A stretch of 32,000 nt of DNA from Thermoplasmatales archaeon (GTDB taxonomy: Archaea > Thermoplasmatota > Thermoplasmata > Methanomassiliicoccales > Methanomethylophilaceae), in the NCBI GenBank assembly GCA_012520845.1, contig JAAYNL010000010.1, forward strand, positions 9,058 through 41,057, given 5' to 3'. The translations under genes and the position numbers were made by a program. Below are positions 17,163 to 26,076 of the stretch, in pieces. The number at the start of each line of letters is the position of its first letter. Positions within the stretch are counted from its first letter, which is position 1. Below the pieces are notes generated by a model. It searched no databases. It was not told the origin of the DNA and saw only the letters and a list, made by a program, of their open reading frames with translations.

Positions 17163-18478
17163 AGGGCGTCGTCCTCTCAGCGGCGGGCAGCGGCTCCGGC
17201 AAGACGTCCGTGGCCACCGGGATCATGCGCCTACTTTCCCGCGACATGGGTGTGCAGGGCTACAAGGTCGGCCCGGATTTCATAGACCCCGCGTACCATA
17301 CTGCCGCCACCGGACGCACTTCGAGGAACCTGGATACCTTCCTGATGGGCAGGGAGGGCGTGAGGAACGTCGTCGGCAGGACCTCCGTCGGGGCCGATGT
17401 CTGCGTCGTCGAGGGTGTGAGGGGCCTCTTCGAAGGCGCCTCCGGCAGGACCGAAGAGGGTTCCACCGCGGAACTGGCGAAAATCCTCGGGTTCCCTGTG
17501 GTATTGGTCCTCAACACGCGTTCGCTGACCCGGTCCGCCGCCGCGATCGTCAGGGGGTTCAGATCCCTGGACCCAGAGCTCGACATCGCCGGGGTGATAC
17601 TGAACAACGTCTCCAACGCACAGCACGAGAGAAAACTGCTGGATGCCATGGACGAATACACGGACGTGGAGGTCATCGGGACGGTGTTCAGGGACACATC
17701 GAAATCCATCTCCTCCAGGACGCTGGGTCTCCGTTCCGGCGACGGGATCCGGGAGGCGATCGAGGCGCAGGCGGAGATGGTTTCCGACCTTGACCTGGAC
17801 AGGTTGATGGACATCTGCGAAAGGAAGGAAACGGAATTCCCGACGGAAAACCCGTTCGTGGAAAGGGATTGCGGGCTCAGGGTGGCCGTCCCCCGGGACG
17901 GGTGCTTCAGCTTCTATTACGAGGACAACCTGGATTGCCTGCGCAGTTCCGGTTTCGAGATCGAGTTCCACAGCCCCGTGGCCGGCGACCCCCTGCCGGA
18001 CGCCGATGCCCATTACGTCGGGGGCGGTTGCCTGGAGGAATTCGCGGCCGCGGTTTCCGGCAACGCCGACTTCATGGACGGCATGCGCCGGGCGGCCGGC
18101 GACGGCGTGCCCATCCTGGCGGAGGGGGACGGGATGCTCGCCCTCTGCAACGATTTCAACGTCGACGGCGAAACCCACCCCATGGCGGGCGTGTTCGACG
18201 CCTCCTCCGCCATGACCGGGAACCGCCACGGGCCGTATTTCGTCCTGGCCGACGCCCTGCCGGGCAATCCCTTCTACCCCGGCGCCATAAAGGGGCACTC
18301 CTTCCACTACACCGAAGTCCATCCAAATGATCCAGACTATGGCTTTTCCATCGCCAGGGGCGGCGGGATAACCGATTCCCGCGACGGAATGGTCGCCAAC
18401 AGGGCCCTCGGCATGTTCACCCACGTCCACGCCCTCTCCGTCCCGGACTGGGCCGGCGGGTTCCTAAATGGGCCGTAA
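17159..18478 (+). CDS. cfbB: Ni-sirohydrochlorin a,c-diamide synthase (CbiA-like glutamine amidotransferase)
   Basis: MKGVVLSAAGSGSGKTSVATGIMRLLSRDMGVQGYKVGPDFIDPAYHTAATGRTSRNLDTFL is CbiA/CfbB-type; 4-nt overlap with cfbD. Confidence 0.92.
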   Translation: MKGVVLSAAGSGSGKTSVATGIMRLLSRDMGVQGYKVGPDFIDPAYHTAATGRTSRNLDTFLMGREGVRNVVGRTSVGADVCVVEGVRGLFEGASGRTEEGSTAELAKILGFPVVLVLNTRSLTRSAAAIVRGFRSLDPELDIAGVILNNVSNAQHERKLLDAMDEYTDVEVIGTVFRDTSKSISSRTLGLRSGDGIREAIEAQAEMVSDLDLDRLMDICERKETEFPTENPFVERDCGLRVAVPRDGCFSFYYEDNLDCLRSSGFEIEFHSPVAGDPLPDADAHYVGGGCLEEFAAAVSGNADFMDGMRRAAGDGVPILAEGDGMLALCNDFNVDGETHPMAGVFDASSAMTGNRHGPYFVLADALPGNPFYPGAIKGHSFHYTEVHPNDPDYGFSIARGGGITDSRDGMVANRALGMFTHVHALSVPDWAGGFLNGP

Positions 18479-18653
18479 CACGTTCGCCGATGGCATCTCT
18501 GAATTTTATTTGAAAAACATTGCATACAATTCCGATGCTAAAAAACAGGGATGACGCATGACGCCAAAACAAGAATGCCTAACTAACCCTATGAGAATCG
18601 GCCCTTAGGCCCGTTTGTAACTTCTGGCACAAAAAAGAATTCGACATGTAATC

Positions 18654-18661
18654 TTTAAATA
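18654..18661 (+). promoter_or_regulatory. Archaeal TATA box of the GNAT/antitoxin-like pair
   Basis: TTTAAATA, 20 nt before ATG 18682; suggests a leaderless or nearly leaderless transcript. Confidence 0.6.
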
Positions 18662-18681
18662 TCCCATAAATGTTGTAATTT

Positions 18682-18861
18682 ATGGTAAAAATGGCTACGG
18701 TATCTTTCGAAAGGGAATTGGTCATCGATACCGATGAAGCGGCGCGAGATTTTCTCGAAGCTATGGACCTCGCTGAAAAGAGGGGACCGCTCAACCTGCC
18801 CGACCTCACAAAATCGTTTGAACTTGGAGAAAAAATGTTGAAAGGACTCTTAAATGAGTGA
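18682..18861 (+). CDS. Small antitoxin-like protein (59 aa), absent from the supplied ORF track
   Basis: MVKMATVSFERELVIDTDEAARDFLEAMDLAEKRGPLNLPDLTKSFELGEKMLKGLLNE; own TATA box; stop overlaps the start of the GNAT gene by 8 nt. Confidence 0.75.
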   Translation: MVKMATVSFERELVIDTDEAARDFLEAMDLAEKRGPLNLPDLTKSFELGEKMLKGLLNE

Positions 18862-19432
18862 CTTTGGCATCATCCCCCTTAGGACGCTTCTTCAAACAGG
18901 AAAGGACGAGGAATCCGTATCTAAGTTCCTATCTTCCTTTATATGTGGCAAAGACGAGGATTTGCAATCGTTCCTCCGTGAAAAAGCCATCATCCATGAG
19001 AAAAGAGATCTTTCCCGCACGTATTTGATTTTGAGGAATGATAATGGATCCGCATCCGGCATTGCAGGATACATTACGCTTGCTCTTACCGTACTGAGTG
19101 TTCCCAAAAACAATGAACTATCATCGAAAATTGTCAGAGATATGAATCTCAATAGGGACGGGAGATCCCCCGCGTACCTTATAGGTCAGATTTCAAAAAA
19201 CGACAGCGAAGAAAAGGGATTCGGTCGAGTATTAATGGACATTGGTTTGAAAATCCTTGAAACAGGACACGAAATGTTCGGATGCAGGACCGTTTGCGTG
19301 GATTGCAGAGAACCTTTGCTAGATTACTATGAAAAATACGGATTCAAAAGAATTGGAGAACCTTCCGAAGACGGGCTTTTTAGATTGGTTTTCCTGTTTT
19401 CGAATAAATCCTATAAGAACAAATCCGATTGA
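18854..19432 (+). CDS. GNAT-family acetyltransferase, toxin-like
   Basis: FICGKDEDLQSFLREKAIIHEKRDLSRTYLILRNDNG...GIAGYITLA...EEKGFGRVLMDIGLKI...CRTVCVDCREPLLDYYEKYGFKRIGE: layout of GNAT toxins. Confidence 0.82.
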   Translation: MSDFGIIPLRTLLQTGKDEESVSKFLSSFICGKDEDLQSFLREKAIIHEKRDLSRTYLILRNDNGSASGIAGYITLALTVLSVPKNNELSSKIVRDMNLNRDGRSPAYLIGQISKNDSEEKGFGRVLMDIGLKILETGHEMFGCRTVCVDCREPLLDYYEKYGFKRIGEPSEDGLFRLVFLFSNKSYKNKSD

Positions 19433-19565
19433 AAACTGATGAAATGTCTGGGGCGCGTCGCCATAAGAACGTAAAGTAAACGGTGAACGCACACTTTATA
19501 GGCTGGTTCGGCATAGCGGCGAAACAGGTGGTAACATTCGCATATACCAGGACTCGGACGTTGAC

Positions 19566-20519
19566 ATGGGAATCCTCGATGACAAAAAGATAGCCGTTTT
19601 GGGATACGGCGCCCAAGGGAGGGCCCAGGCCCTGTGCCTCCACGATTCCGGCCTCGACGTCGTCGTCGGCGCCAGGAAGGGCGGCCAGTCCTGGGAGAGG
19701 GTCAAGGAGGACGGCCTCAAAGTCGCCACGATACCCGAGGCCGTGAAGGGCGCGGACGTCGTCATGATGCTCCTTCCCGACGAGGTCCAACCGGACGTCT
19801 ACGAGAAGGACGTCAGACCCAATATGAAACCCGGTTCCGCCCTGGAATTCGCCCACGGTTTCGCGATAACCTACGGCCTGATCGAACCGCCGGAGGACGT
19901 GGACGTCATAATGATGGCCCCCAAGGCCCCCGGCGACATGGAGAGACTCATGTACCTCGAGGGATTCGGCGTGCCCGCCCTCGTCTGCGTGCACCGGGAT
20001 GTCTCCGGCAAAGCCAAGAAAATCGCCCTGGCCCTCGCCAAGGGCATCGGCGCCACCAGGGCGGGCGTTTTCGAGACCACCTTCGACTACGAGACGAAGA
20101 CCGACCTGTTCGGCGAGCAGGCCGTCCTCTGCGGCGGTCTCACCGCCATGATCGCCGCCGGGTTCGAGACCCTCGTCGGTGCGGGTTACCCGCCGGAGAT
20201 AGCCTACTTCGAGGTTCTCCACGAGGTGAAACTCATCACCGACCTGATTAACATGGGCGGGTTCACCGAGATGTGGCGCGTCGTCTCCAACACCGCCGAG
20301 TACGGGGGCATGACCCGCAGGGACCTGGTCATCACCGAGGAATCCAAAAAGGGCATGAAGGAAATCCTCGACCAAATCGAGTCCGGCAAGTTCAAGGACG
20401 ACTGGCGCGCCGAGTGGAAGGCCGGCCTCAAGAACCTCAAGGAAATGGAGAAGAGGGAATCCAAGACCCAGATCGAGGTCGTCGGCAAGGAGATACGCAA
20501 GCTCTTCACCAGGAAATGA
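19566..20519 (+). CDS. ilvC: Ketol-acid reductoisomerase (divergent)
   Basis: IAVLGYGAQGRAQALCLHDSG; ATRAGVFETTFDYETKTDLFGEQAVLCGG; AYFEVLHEVKLITDLINMGG...SNTAEYG. Confidence 0.85.
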   Translation: MGILDDKKIAVLGYGAQGRAQALCLHDSGLDVVVGARKGGQSWERVKEDGLKVATIPEAVKGADVVMMLLPDEVQPDVYEKDVRPNMKPGSALEFAHGFAITYGLIEPPEDVDVIMMAPKAPGDMERLMYLEGFGVPALVCVHRDVSGKAKKIALALAKGIGATRAGVFETTFDYETKTDLFGEQAVLCGGLTAMIAAGFETLVGAGYPPEIAYFEVLHEVKLITDLINMGGFTEMWRVVSNTAEYGGMTRRDLVITEESKKGMKEILDQIESGKFKDDWRAEWKAGLKNLKEMEKRESKTQIEVVGKEIRKLFTRK

Positions 20520-20896
20520 ACATCCCCTTCGCCGTCAGGACCAGGGCCGGCGTGTTCAAAGGCCATCTCTTCCCGTGCGACGTGTCCGACGAGATATGGC
20601 TGGCGATGCCCGTCGACCTCGGGATCAATATGCTCGGCTCCATGATTTACTGTGAGATGCCCGTCGACTCCGACGTCGGGGGCGACCCGGTTACCGACAT
20701 GGAGGTGGGCGACGTGGCCTATTGGCCCGAGGCGTCGGCGATTTGCCTGTTCTTCGGGCCCACCCCCCTCAGCGGGACCGACGGCAAACCCGTCTCCCCG
20801 TACCCCGTGGTCAGGATAGGCAGGCTGGAGGGGGATTGCTCCGCCCTGGGAATGTCCGGCGACGGCTCCACCATGCACCTTTACAAGGACCTTTGA
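20516..20896 (+). CDS. Cyclophilin-like fold protein
   Basis: 126 aa; GDVAYWPEASAICLFFGPTPLS typical of the cyclophilin-like domain; ATGA overlap with ilvC. Confidence 0.75.
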   Translation: MNIPFAVRTRAGVFKGHLFPCDVSDEIWLAMPVDLGINMLGSMIYCEMPVDSDVGGDPVTDMEVGDVAYWPEASAICLFFGPTPLSGTDGKPVSPYPVVRIGRLEGDCSALGMSGDGSTMHLYKDL

Positions 20897-22000
20897 TCAA
20901 ATCACGGTAAGTTTCTTAGGAAACGAGGTCAGGCGCCTCGGACCTTTTTCGGTAATCAACACGGTATCCTCTATGCGGATGCCGCCGACGCCCTTGACGT
21001 ACACGCCGGGCTCCGCGGACACAACGTTCCCTGCTTCGAACACGTGCGTCGAGTTTGACGAGACGTGGATGCCCTCATGGATGTCCATGCCCAGGCCGTG
21101 GCCAAAGGAGTGGATGAACATCCCCTTGAATTCCGTTGAATCGATGTATTCCCTCGCCGCGAGGTCCGGGGCGGAAGCCGGCGCGCCCGGGGCCATCTCC
21201 GCCATCCCGATTTCCTGCGCCCTCCTCACCACCGAATAGGCCTTCCTCATGATTTTGGGCGGCTCGCCGAAAAAGACGGTCCTGGTCAGGTCCGAACAAT
21301 ACATGTCGTATTTGCAGCCGAAATCGAAAAGGGCCGCGTCCCCGTCCGCGAGTTTGCGATCGCCGGGCTTATGGTGCGGCTGTGACGAATTCGGGCCGAA
21401 GGCGGCGATGGTGTCGAAGGCGTTGGAATCGGCGCCGAGGTCCCTCATGGCGCCGTCGATCGCGGCGGCGGCCTCCCTCTCCGTCATGCCTTCCCTGAGG
21501 ATGTCGGGTATGGATTTCGCCACCTCGGAAGCGATCCCGCACGCCTTCCTCATGGTGGAAACCTCCTTGCGGTCCTTCACGTTGACGGTCTTGGAAAAGG
21601 CGTCGGACACGTCCACTATCTCCGCTTCCGGCGCAGCCTTGCGCAGGAATTCGACATGGGCGTGGGTGATTTTCCCGGCGTTGACCCCGATGGCCTTCCT
21701 GCCTCCGAGGAGTTCCCCGGCGATCTCCTTCCTCCTCGCCGCGGTAGGATAGACGTGTTTCCTGCCCTTCCCGCGGCGGGCGGTCTCCGACTCCATGACG
21801 CTGACGGCGACGTCCATGGACCCGTCCGGGTTGACGACGGCGAAGGAACCCTCGAAGGTGCCGGACCTCAGGCCGGTGAGGTACCAGAAGGCGGAATCAA
21901 GGTACGGCGAGGCCCCGTTGGCGACGACTATGGCATCGACGTCCGGCGCGTTGCCCGCGAGCCTGGCCGCCCTACCGGGGACCCTCATATCCCGATCCAT
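20897..22000 (-). CDS. Xaa-Pro aminopeptidase / M24 metallopeptidase
   Basis: DAALFDFGCKYDMYCSDLTRTVFF, HSFGHGLGMDIHE, VVSAEPGVYV, GGIRIEDTVLIT metal-ligand motifs. Confidence 0.9.
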   Translation of the reverse strand: MDRDMRVPGRAARLAGNAPDVDAIVVANGASPYLDSAFWYLTGLRSGTFEGSFAVVNPDGSMDVAVSVMESETARRGKGRKHVYPTAARRKEIAGELLGGRKAIGVNAGKITHAHVEFLRKAAPEAEIVDVSDAFSKTVNVKDRKEVSTMRKACGIASEVAKSIPDILREGMTEREAAAAIDGAMRDLGADSNAFDTIAAFGPNSSQPHHKPGDRKLADGDAALFDFGCKYDMYCSDLTRTVFFGEPPKIMRKAYSVVRRAQEIGMAEMAPGAPASAPDLAAREYIDSTEFKGMFIHSFGHGLGMDIHEGIHVSSNSTHVFEAGNVVSAEPGVYVKGVGGIRIEDTVLITEKGPRRLTSFPKKLTVI

Positions 22001-22791
22001 TCGTTCCTGACTATCCTCTTGAGGGCGGAAATGGCCGAAAGGGATGCCAGGTGGGACGTCTTGGGATTGTCCGGCGAGGGCACGTTGAACGTGTTGCAGG
22101 CCATCTCCCCGAAGGCGCCCTTGAGCCTGAGCTCGTGGTGGTTGGATTTCGCCTTCGGGTCCAGGACCACCTTGACGACGGTCTTGTCGAACCCTATGCC
22201 GAGCAGGCTGACCGTGGCCGCCACGTTGACGTTCTTGGGGAACAGGGCGACCGCCTCCCTGGCCGTGCCGGTGTAGACTATGGTCTTCTCTTCGATTTTG
22301 TCCACGTCGATGCCCTTTTCCTCGAAAAACGCGATGTGGGCCAGCGACTTGGGGCCCTTCGTCGTGATGAGCTCGACGGATTCCAACTCGTCCACGTGGG
22401 CAGCCCTGAGGCCGTCGGTGCCGCAGACGGCGCCGGACGGTATGTAGATGCGGCAGCCGTTGTTGCGGGCCCTCTCGAACATAAGGTCCCTGAACTCGTC
22501 GTCGACCAGGGCGCCGACGGACATCACCATTATGTCGACGCCGCGGCCAACGGATTTGGACATGATCTCCCGGGCGGCCTCCTGGGACGCCGCCTCGATG
22601 ACCAGGTCGCAGTGGTAAAGCTCCTCCTCGACGGAATTCACGACGATGGCCTTGTTGAGCTTCTTCTCAAGGGCCTCCGCCTTCCCCTTTTTGATGTCGA
22701 CGAGGTAAATCCTCTTGACGTCGTCCATCGCGTCGGCGGCGATGGCGAGTTTCGAGCCGATGACGCCGCAACCGACTATCGTAATTCTCAT
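21985..22791 (-). CDS. nadX: L-aspartate dehydrogenase
   Basis: MRITIVGCGVIGSKLAIAAD Rossmann start; IYIPSGAVCGTDGLRAA; KNVNVAATVSLLGIGFDKTVVKVVLDP. Confidence 0.85.
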   Translation of the reverse strand: MRITIVGCGVIGSKLAIAADAMDDVKRIYLVDIKKGKAEALEKKLNKAIVVNSVEEELYHCDLVIEAASQEAAREIMSKSVGRGVDIMVMSVGALVDDEFRDLMFERARNNGCRIYIPSGAVCGTDGLRAAHVDELESVELITTKGPKSLAHIAFFEEKGIDVDKIEEKTIVYTGTAREAVALFPKNVNVAATVSLLGIGFDKTVVKVVLDPKAKSNHHELRLKGAFGEMACNTFNVPSPDNPKTSHLASLSAISALKRIVRNEWIGI

Positions 22792-23226
22792 GGTACCGAA
22801 TTCGGCGTGTGCGTATTAATCATTATGGAATGGCCGGCACACCGTTAGGCGATTCGACGGAGGCGGTTTTCCTGCCGCGTTTCCGATGTTTGCCCCCCCC
22901 CCACCCGATTCCTCCCAAACACGTCAACAGGGGCCTGTGTCGGGGATTTCCCATGGGATGGCGCCATCGCCAAACCATTCGTCCTGCATTCCGGAGACGG
23001 AAACGGGTAGCGTCGGAGGCGCTCGCGGCGTAACCGAGGATGCGAAAACCGTTGCGGGTTCGCAATCGATTGACGGAAACCGAGGTTGTCCATCCGTAAG
23101 TTTCGCAATAAGGCATTGAGGAGATTGACTCCCATATTTTAGAGTAATTTTACATTTTTTAGTGACTGACTTTGTAGTGATTTCACATTTTCATGGTACT
23201 CAAACAGATTATTATATATACTAACG

Positions 23227-23244
23227 TACATACGAAAGTATGTA
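23227..23244. promoter_or_regulatory. Perfect inverted repeat spanning the ATPase start codon
   Basis: TACATAC-GAAA-GTATGTA, 7-bp arms with 4-nt spacer; TATA-like TTATATATA at about 23211-23219. Confidence 0.45.
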
Positions 23245-24577
23245 TCGCGAAGCCTATGCGGAACTCGCTGAATGGAAGGAGGACCCGAACCGAAGCCCGC
23301 TGATGATGACGGGTGTCCGTCAGTGCGGAAAAACCTATCTTCTCAAAAAATTCACCGAAGAGAATTTCGAAGACGTTGCGTACTTCGATTTGGAAAGGGA
23401 AAGCTCGTTGTCGTCCGTGTTCGATGACGATCTCGACCCCCGAAGAATAATCGCGGAACTGGGCGCCATTAGGGGAAAGAGGATAACCCCTGGCGAGACC
23501 GTTCTGATCCTGGACGAGATACAGTCCTGCGGTCGAGCCATAACATCCCTGAAGTATTTTGACCAAGACATGCGGGAATTGGCCGTCATGGCCGCGGGTT
23601 CCCTCTTGGGAGTCTACATGTCCAAGGGTTCGTCGTACCCGGTAGGCAAAATCAGGACGGTCGACCTGAGACCAATGAGTTTCAGAGAGTTCTTCAGGGC
23701 AGCGGGCCACGGGAAAATAATCGATGCCGCCATGGAATCGGGAGGAAAAACCTCCATACCGAAATCCTTCGAAACAATCCTGGAAAGCCAACTCAAGACG
23801 TACATGATGGTCGGCGGCATGCCACGAATCGTGAAGGAATACCTTGCCAACGGGGACCTGTCCAAAACGGACAGGCTGCAAAGGCAGCTCGTCAGGGACT
23901 ACGAATCGGACATACTCCGACACGCTTCCGGATCGGAGTTTGCGAACGTCGCCCAAGTATGGGATTCCATACCGGCACAACTATCCAAGGAGAACCGTAA
24001 ATTCATCTTCGGCCACGTCAAGAAAGGAGCCAGAGCGAAGGATTTGGAGGCTTCTCTGAACTGGCTAACGTCCGCGGGCATCGCCCACAAGATTAGACTG
24101 GCGAAAAGGCCGGGCCTCCCGCTATCGTTTTTCACCGACGATTCCTATTACAAAATATACCTCTCGGACGTCGGCATCCTCAGGGCCCTGTGCGACGTAC
24201 CGTTTAGCGAAATCCTGAATCCTTCCGGCAGATACGCCTTGCAGATGGGCGCCATGGCGGAAAACTTCGTTCTGAACGAGCTTACCGATTTGGGCGCGTC
24301 GGAAATCCGGTTCTGGAGGGGAGGGACGTCGGAAGTGGATTTCATAGCGCTTCTGGACGGGAGGGTGGTTCCCTTCGAGGTCCATTCCGGAAAAGACGGA
24401 AGGTACGGCAGCCTTCGTGCATATATGGAAAAATACGAACCGGAAATCGCGGTCCTCACTACGATGAATCCTTATGCCGCGGGAAGGCCGCTGAAGCTGC
24501 CGCTGTACGCAATCTGGCTTCTTAGGAAAATACTGTCGCGGTCCGAAGAAGGTCTTCCGCCCGATGGCGGGATTTGA
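23240..24577 (+). CDS. AAA-family ATPase with C-terminal DUF4143-like domain
   Basis: RSPLMMTGVRQCGKTYLLKKFTEENF (Walker A), VLILDEIQSCGRAI (Walker B), C-terminal FVLNELTDLGASEIRFWRGGTSEVDFIALLDGRVVPFEV nuclease-like motif. Confidence 0.88.
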   Translation: MYREAYAELAEWKEDPNRSPLMMTGVRQCGKTYLLKKFTEENFEDVAYFDLERESSLSSVFDDDLDPRRIIAELGAIRGKRITPGETVLILDEIQSCGRAITSLKYFDQDMRELAVMAAGSLLGVYMSKGSSYPVGKIRTVDLRPMSFREFFRAAGHGKIIDAAMESGGKTSIPKSFETILESQLKTYMMVGGMPRIVKEYLANGDLSKTDRLQRQLVRDYESDILRHASGSEFANVAQVWDSIPAQLSKENRKFIFGHVKKGARAKDLEASLNWLTSAGIAHKIRLAKRPGLPLSFFTDDSYYKIYLSDVGILRALCDVPFSEILNPSGRYALQMGAMAENFVLNELTDLGASEIRFWRGGTSEVDFIALLDGRVVPFEVHSGKDGRYGSLRAYMEKYEPEIAVLTTMNPYAAGRPLKLPLYAIWLLRKILSRSEEGLPPDGGI

Positions 24578-24812
24578 AAATGGGTTGCCGAGGTTTTTCC
24601 GAGGTTTCATTCTTTAACCGAACATTTAGCCAACCTTTGTCGGTTTGTTGACTGGCCTAACCACAACCTCGCCGCTTTGTCGATGGCGATAGGGTCCAAT
24701 CCATTCGTCGATTGTGCACGATGGGGCGTTCATAGGGAATGCATTAGCCACTTACCGAACGACATAAGGGGGTCAGGGCAACCCTTGAATACCCCCCGCA
24801 GCATCGGCAAAC

Positions 24813-25217
24813 ATGGCGTATACCCTCCTGGACCACACGGCGGACGCCTACGTCCTGTGCGAGGCGGGGACCCTCGAGGAATGTTTCGCCTGCGCCGCGT
24901 ACGCCATGTACGACCAGATGGTCGACGCGTCCCTCGTTTCCCCGACGGAGAGGGTGGACGTGTCCGTGGGGGGCGGGACCCTCGAGGAGAGGCTCTTCAA
25001 CCTCCTGTCCGAATTCATCTTCATCACGGACGTCGACGGTCTCGTATTCTCGTCCTTCGAGGTGCGTTTCGACGGCGACCGCGTCGAGTGCGTCGCCATG
25101 GGCGAGCCCCTTGACCTGAAAAGGCACAGACCCAAGACCGAGGTCAAGGCCGTCACCTACCATGGCATGGAAATCGATCCCGACGCGCCCAGCGTCGCCG
25201 TGCTCTTCGACCTCTGA
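24813..25217 (+). CDS. Archease
   Basis: MAYTLLDHTADAYVLCEAGTLEECFACAAYAMYDQMVD...VKAVTYHGMEI: typical archease. Confidence 0.92.
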   Translation: MAYTLLDHTADAYVLCEAGTLEECFACAAYAMYDQMVDASLVSPTERVDVSVGGGTLEERLFNLLSEFIFITDVDGLVFSSFEVRFDGDRVECVAMGEPLDLKRHRPKTEVKAVTYHGMEIDPDAPSVAVLFDL

Positions 25218-25250
25218 CACGTTAAATACTACCGCGCCGTTGTTGCGGCG

Positions 25251-26075
25251 ATGCTAAGGCTGGGCTGGTTTTCCACGGGCAGGGGACCGGGGTCCCGCAA
25301 CCTCCTCAGGGAGGTCATGGAGCGGAAGAACGACGGTTCCCTGGACGTCTCCCTGTCCTTCGTTTTCTGCAACTGGGACAACACGGAGGATCCCAACCCG
25401 AGGAGGGACCAGAGGGAGATGTTCTTCGACATGGTCCGCGGCTACGGCATCCCGTTGGTGACGGAGTCCTGGAAGACCTTCAGGCCCGACCTCTGGGACA
25501 GCGACCAGGCCGCCTGGAGGGACGAGTACGGCAAAAGGCTCCGGGAGGCCACCGGCGAATACGGTTTCGATCTGGGCATCCTCGCCGGGTACATGCTGTG
25601 GATCGACGACGCGACCTGCGAGGAGTACGACCTGCTGAACCTTCATCCGGCCCTGCCGGACGGCCCAAAGGGGACGTGGCAGGAGGTCATCTGGCGATTG
25701 ATCAGGGAGGGCGCCGACCGCCAGGGGGCCATGATGCACGTCTGCACCCCGGACTGGGACCGGGGCGCCGCCATAACGTATTGCGGGTTCCCCATAAGGG
25801 GCCCCGAGTACGATGGCCTGTGGGAGGCGTTCCGGGAGAAACTGAAAATGAGGTCCTTCGAGGAAATCATAGCCGACGAGGGCGTGAACGAACCGCTGTT
25901 CGCCAAGATACGGGCTGAGGGCGCCAGGAGGGAGTTGCCCCTGATCGTCGAGACCATAAGGCTGTTCGCGGACGGCAAGGTCTCCATGATCGACAAGGAA
26001 CTGCACGCTGGCGGCGCCCGGCTCGACGGGCCGTACGACCTGTCCGCGGAAGTGGATTCCGCCCTGGGGGTATGA
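25251..26075 (+). CDS. Formyltransferase-fold protein (PurN/Fmt-like)
   Basis: LGWFSTGRGPGSRNLLREVM, YGFDLGILAGYMLWID, YDLLNLHPALPDGPKGTWQEVI, GAMMHVCTPDWDRG. Confidence 0.75.
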   Translation: MLRLGWFSTGRGPGSRNLLREVMERKNDGSLDVSLSFVFCNWDNTEDPNPRRDQREMFFDMVRGYGIPLVTESWKTFRPDLWDSDQAAWRDEYGKRLREATGEYGFDLGILAGYMLWIDDATCEEYDLLNLHPALPDGPKGTWQEVIWRLIREGADRQGAMMHVCTPDWDRGAAITYCGFPIRGPEYDGLWEAFREKLKMRSFEEIIADEGVNEPLFAKIRAEGARRELPLIVETIRLFADGKVSMIDKELHAGGARLDGPYDLSAEVDSALGV

Positions 26076-26076
26076 G

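Noticed and set aside
17231-18430. 399-aa minus ORF opposite cfbB
   Set aside because: Antisense shadow ORF with no motif.
23083-24672. CGAGGTTGT / ACAACCTCG inverted 9-mers flanking the ATPase gene as possible mobile-element ends
   Set aside because: A 9-nt match over about 1.6 kb is weak, no target-site duplication was seen and no transposase is present.
24677-25114. ORF 24677-25114 upstream of and overlapping archease
   Set aside because: Most of it overlaps archease in another frame with Arg/Gly-rich translation; only the first part is intergenic and has no recognisable family.
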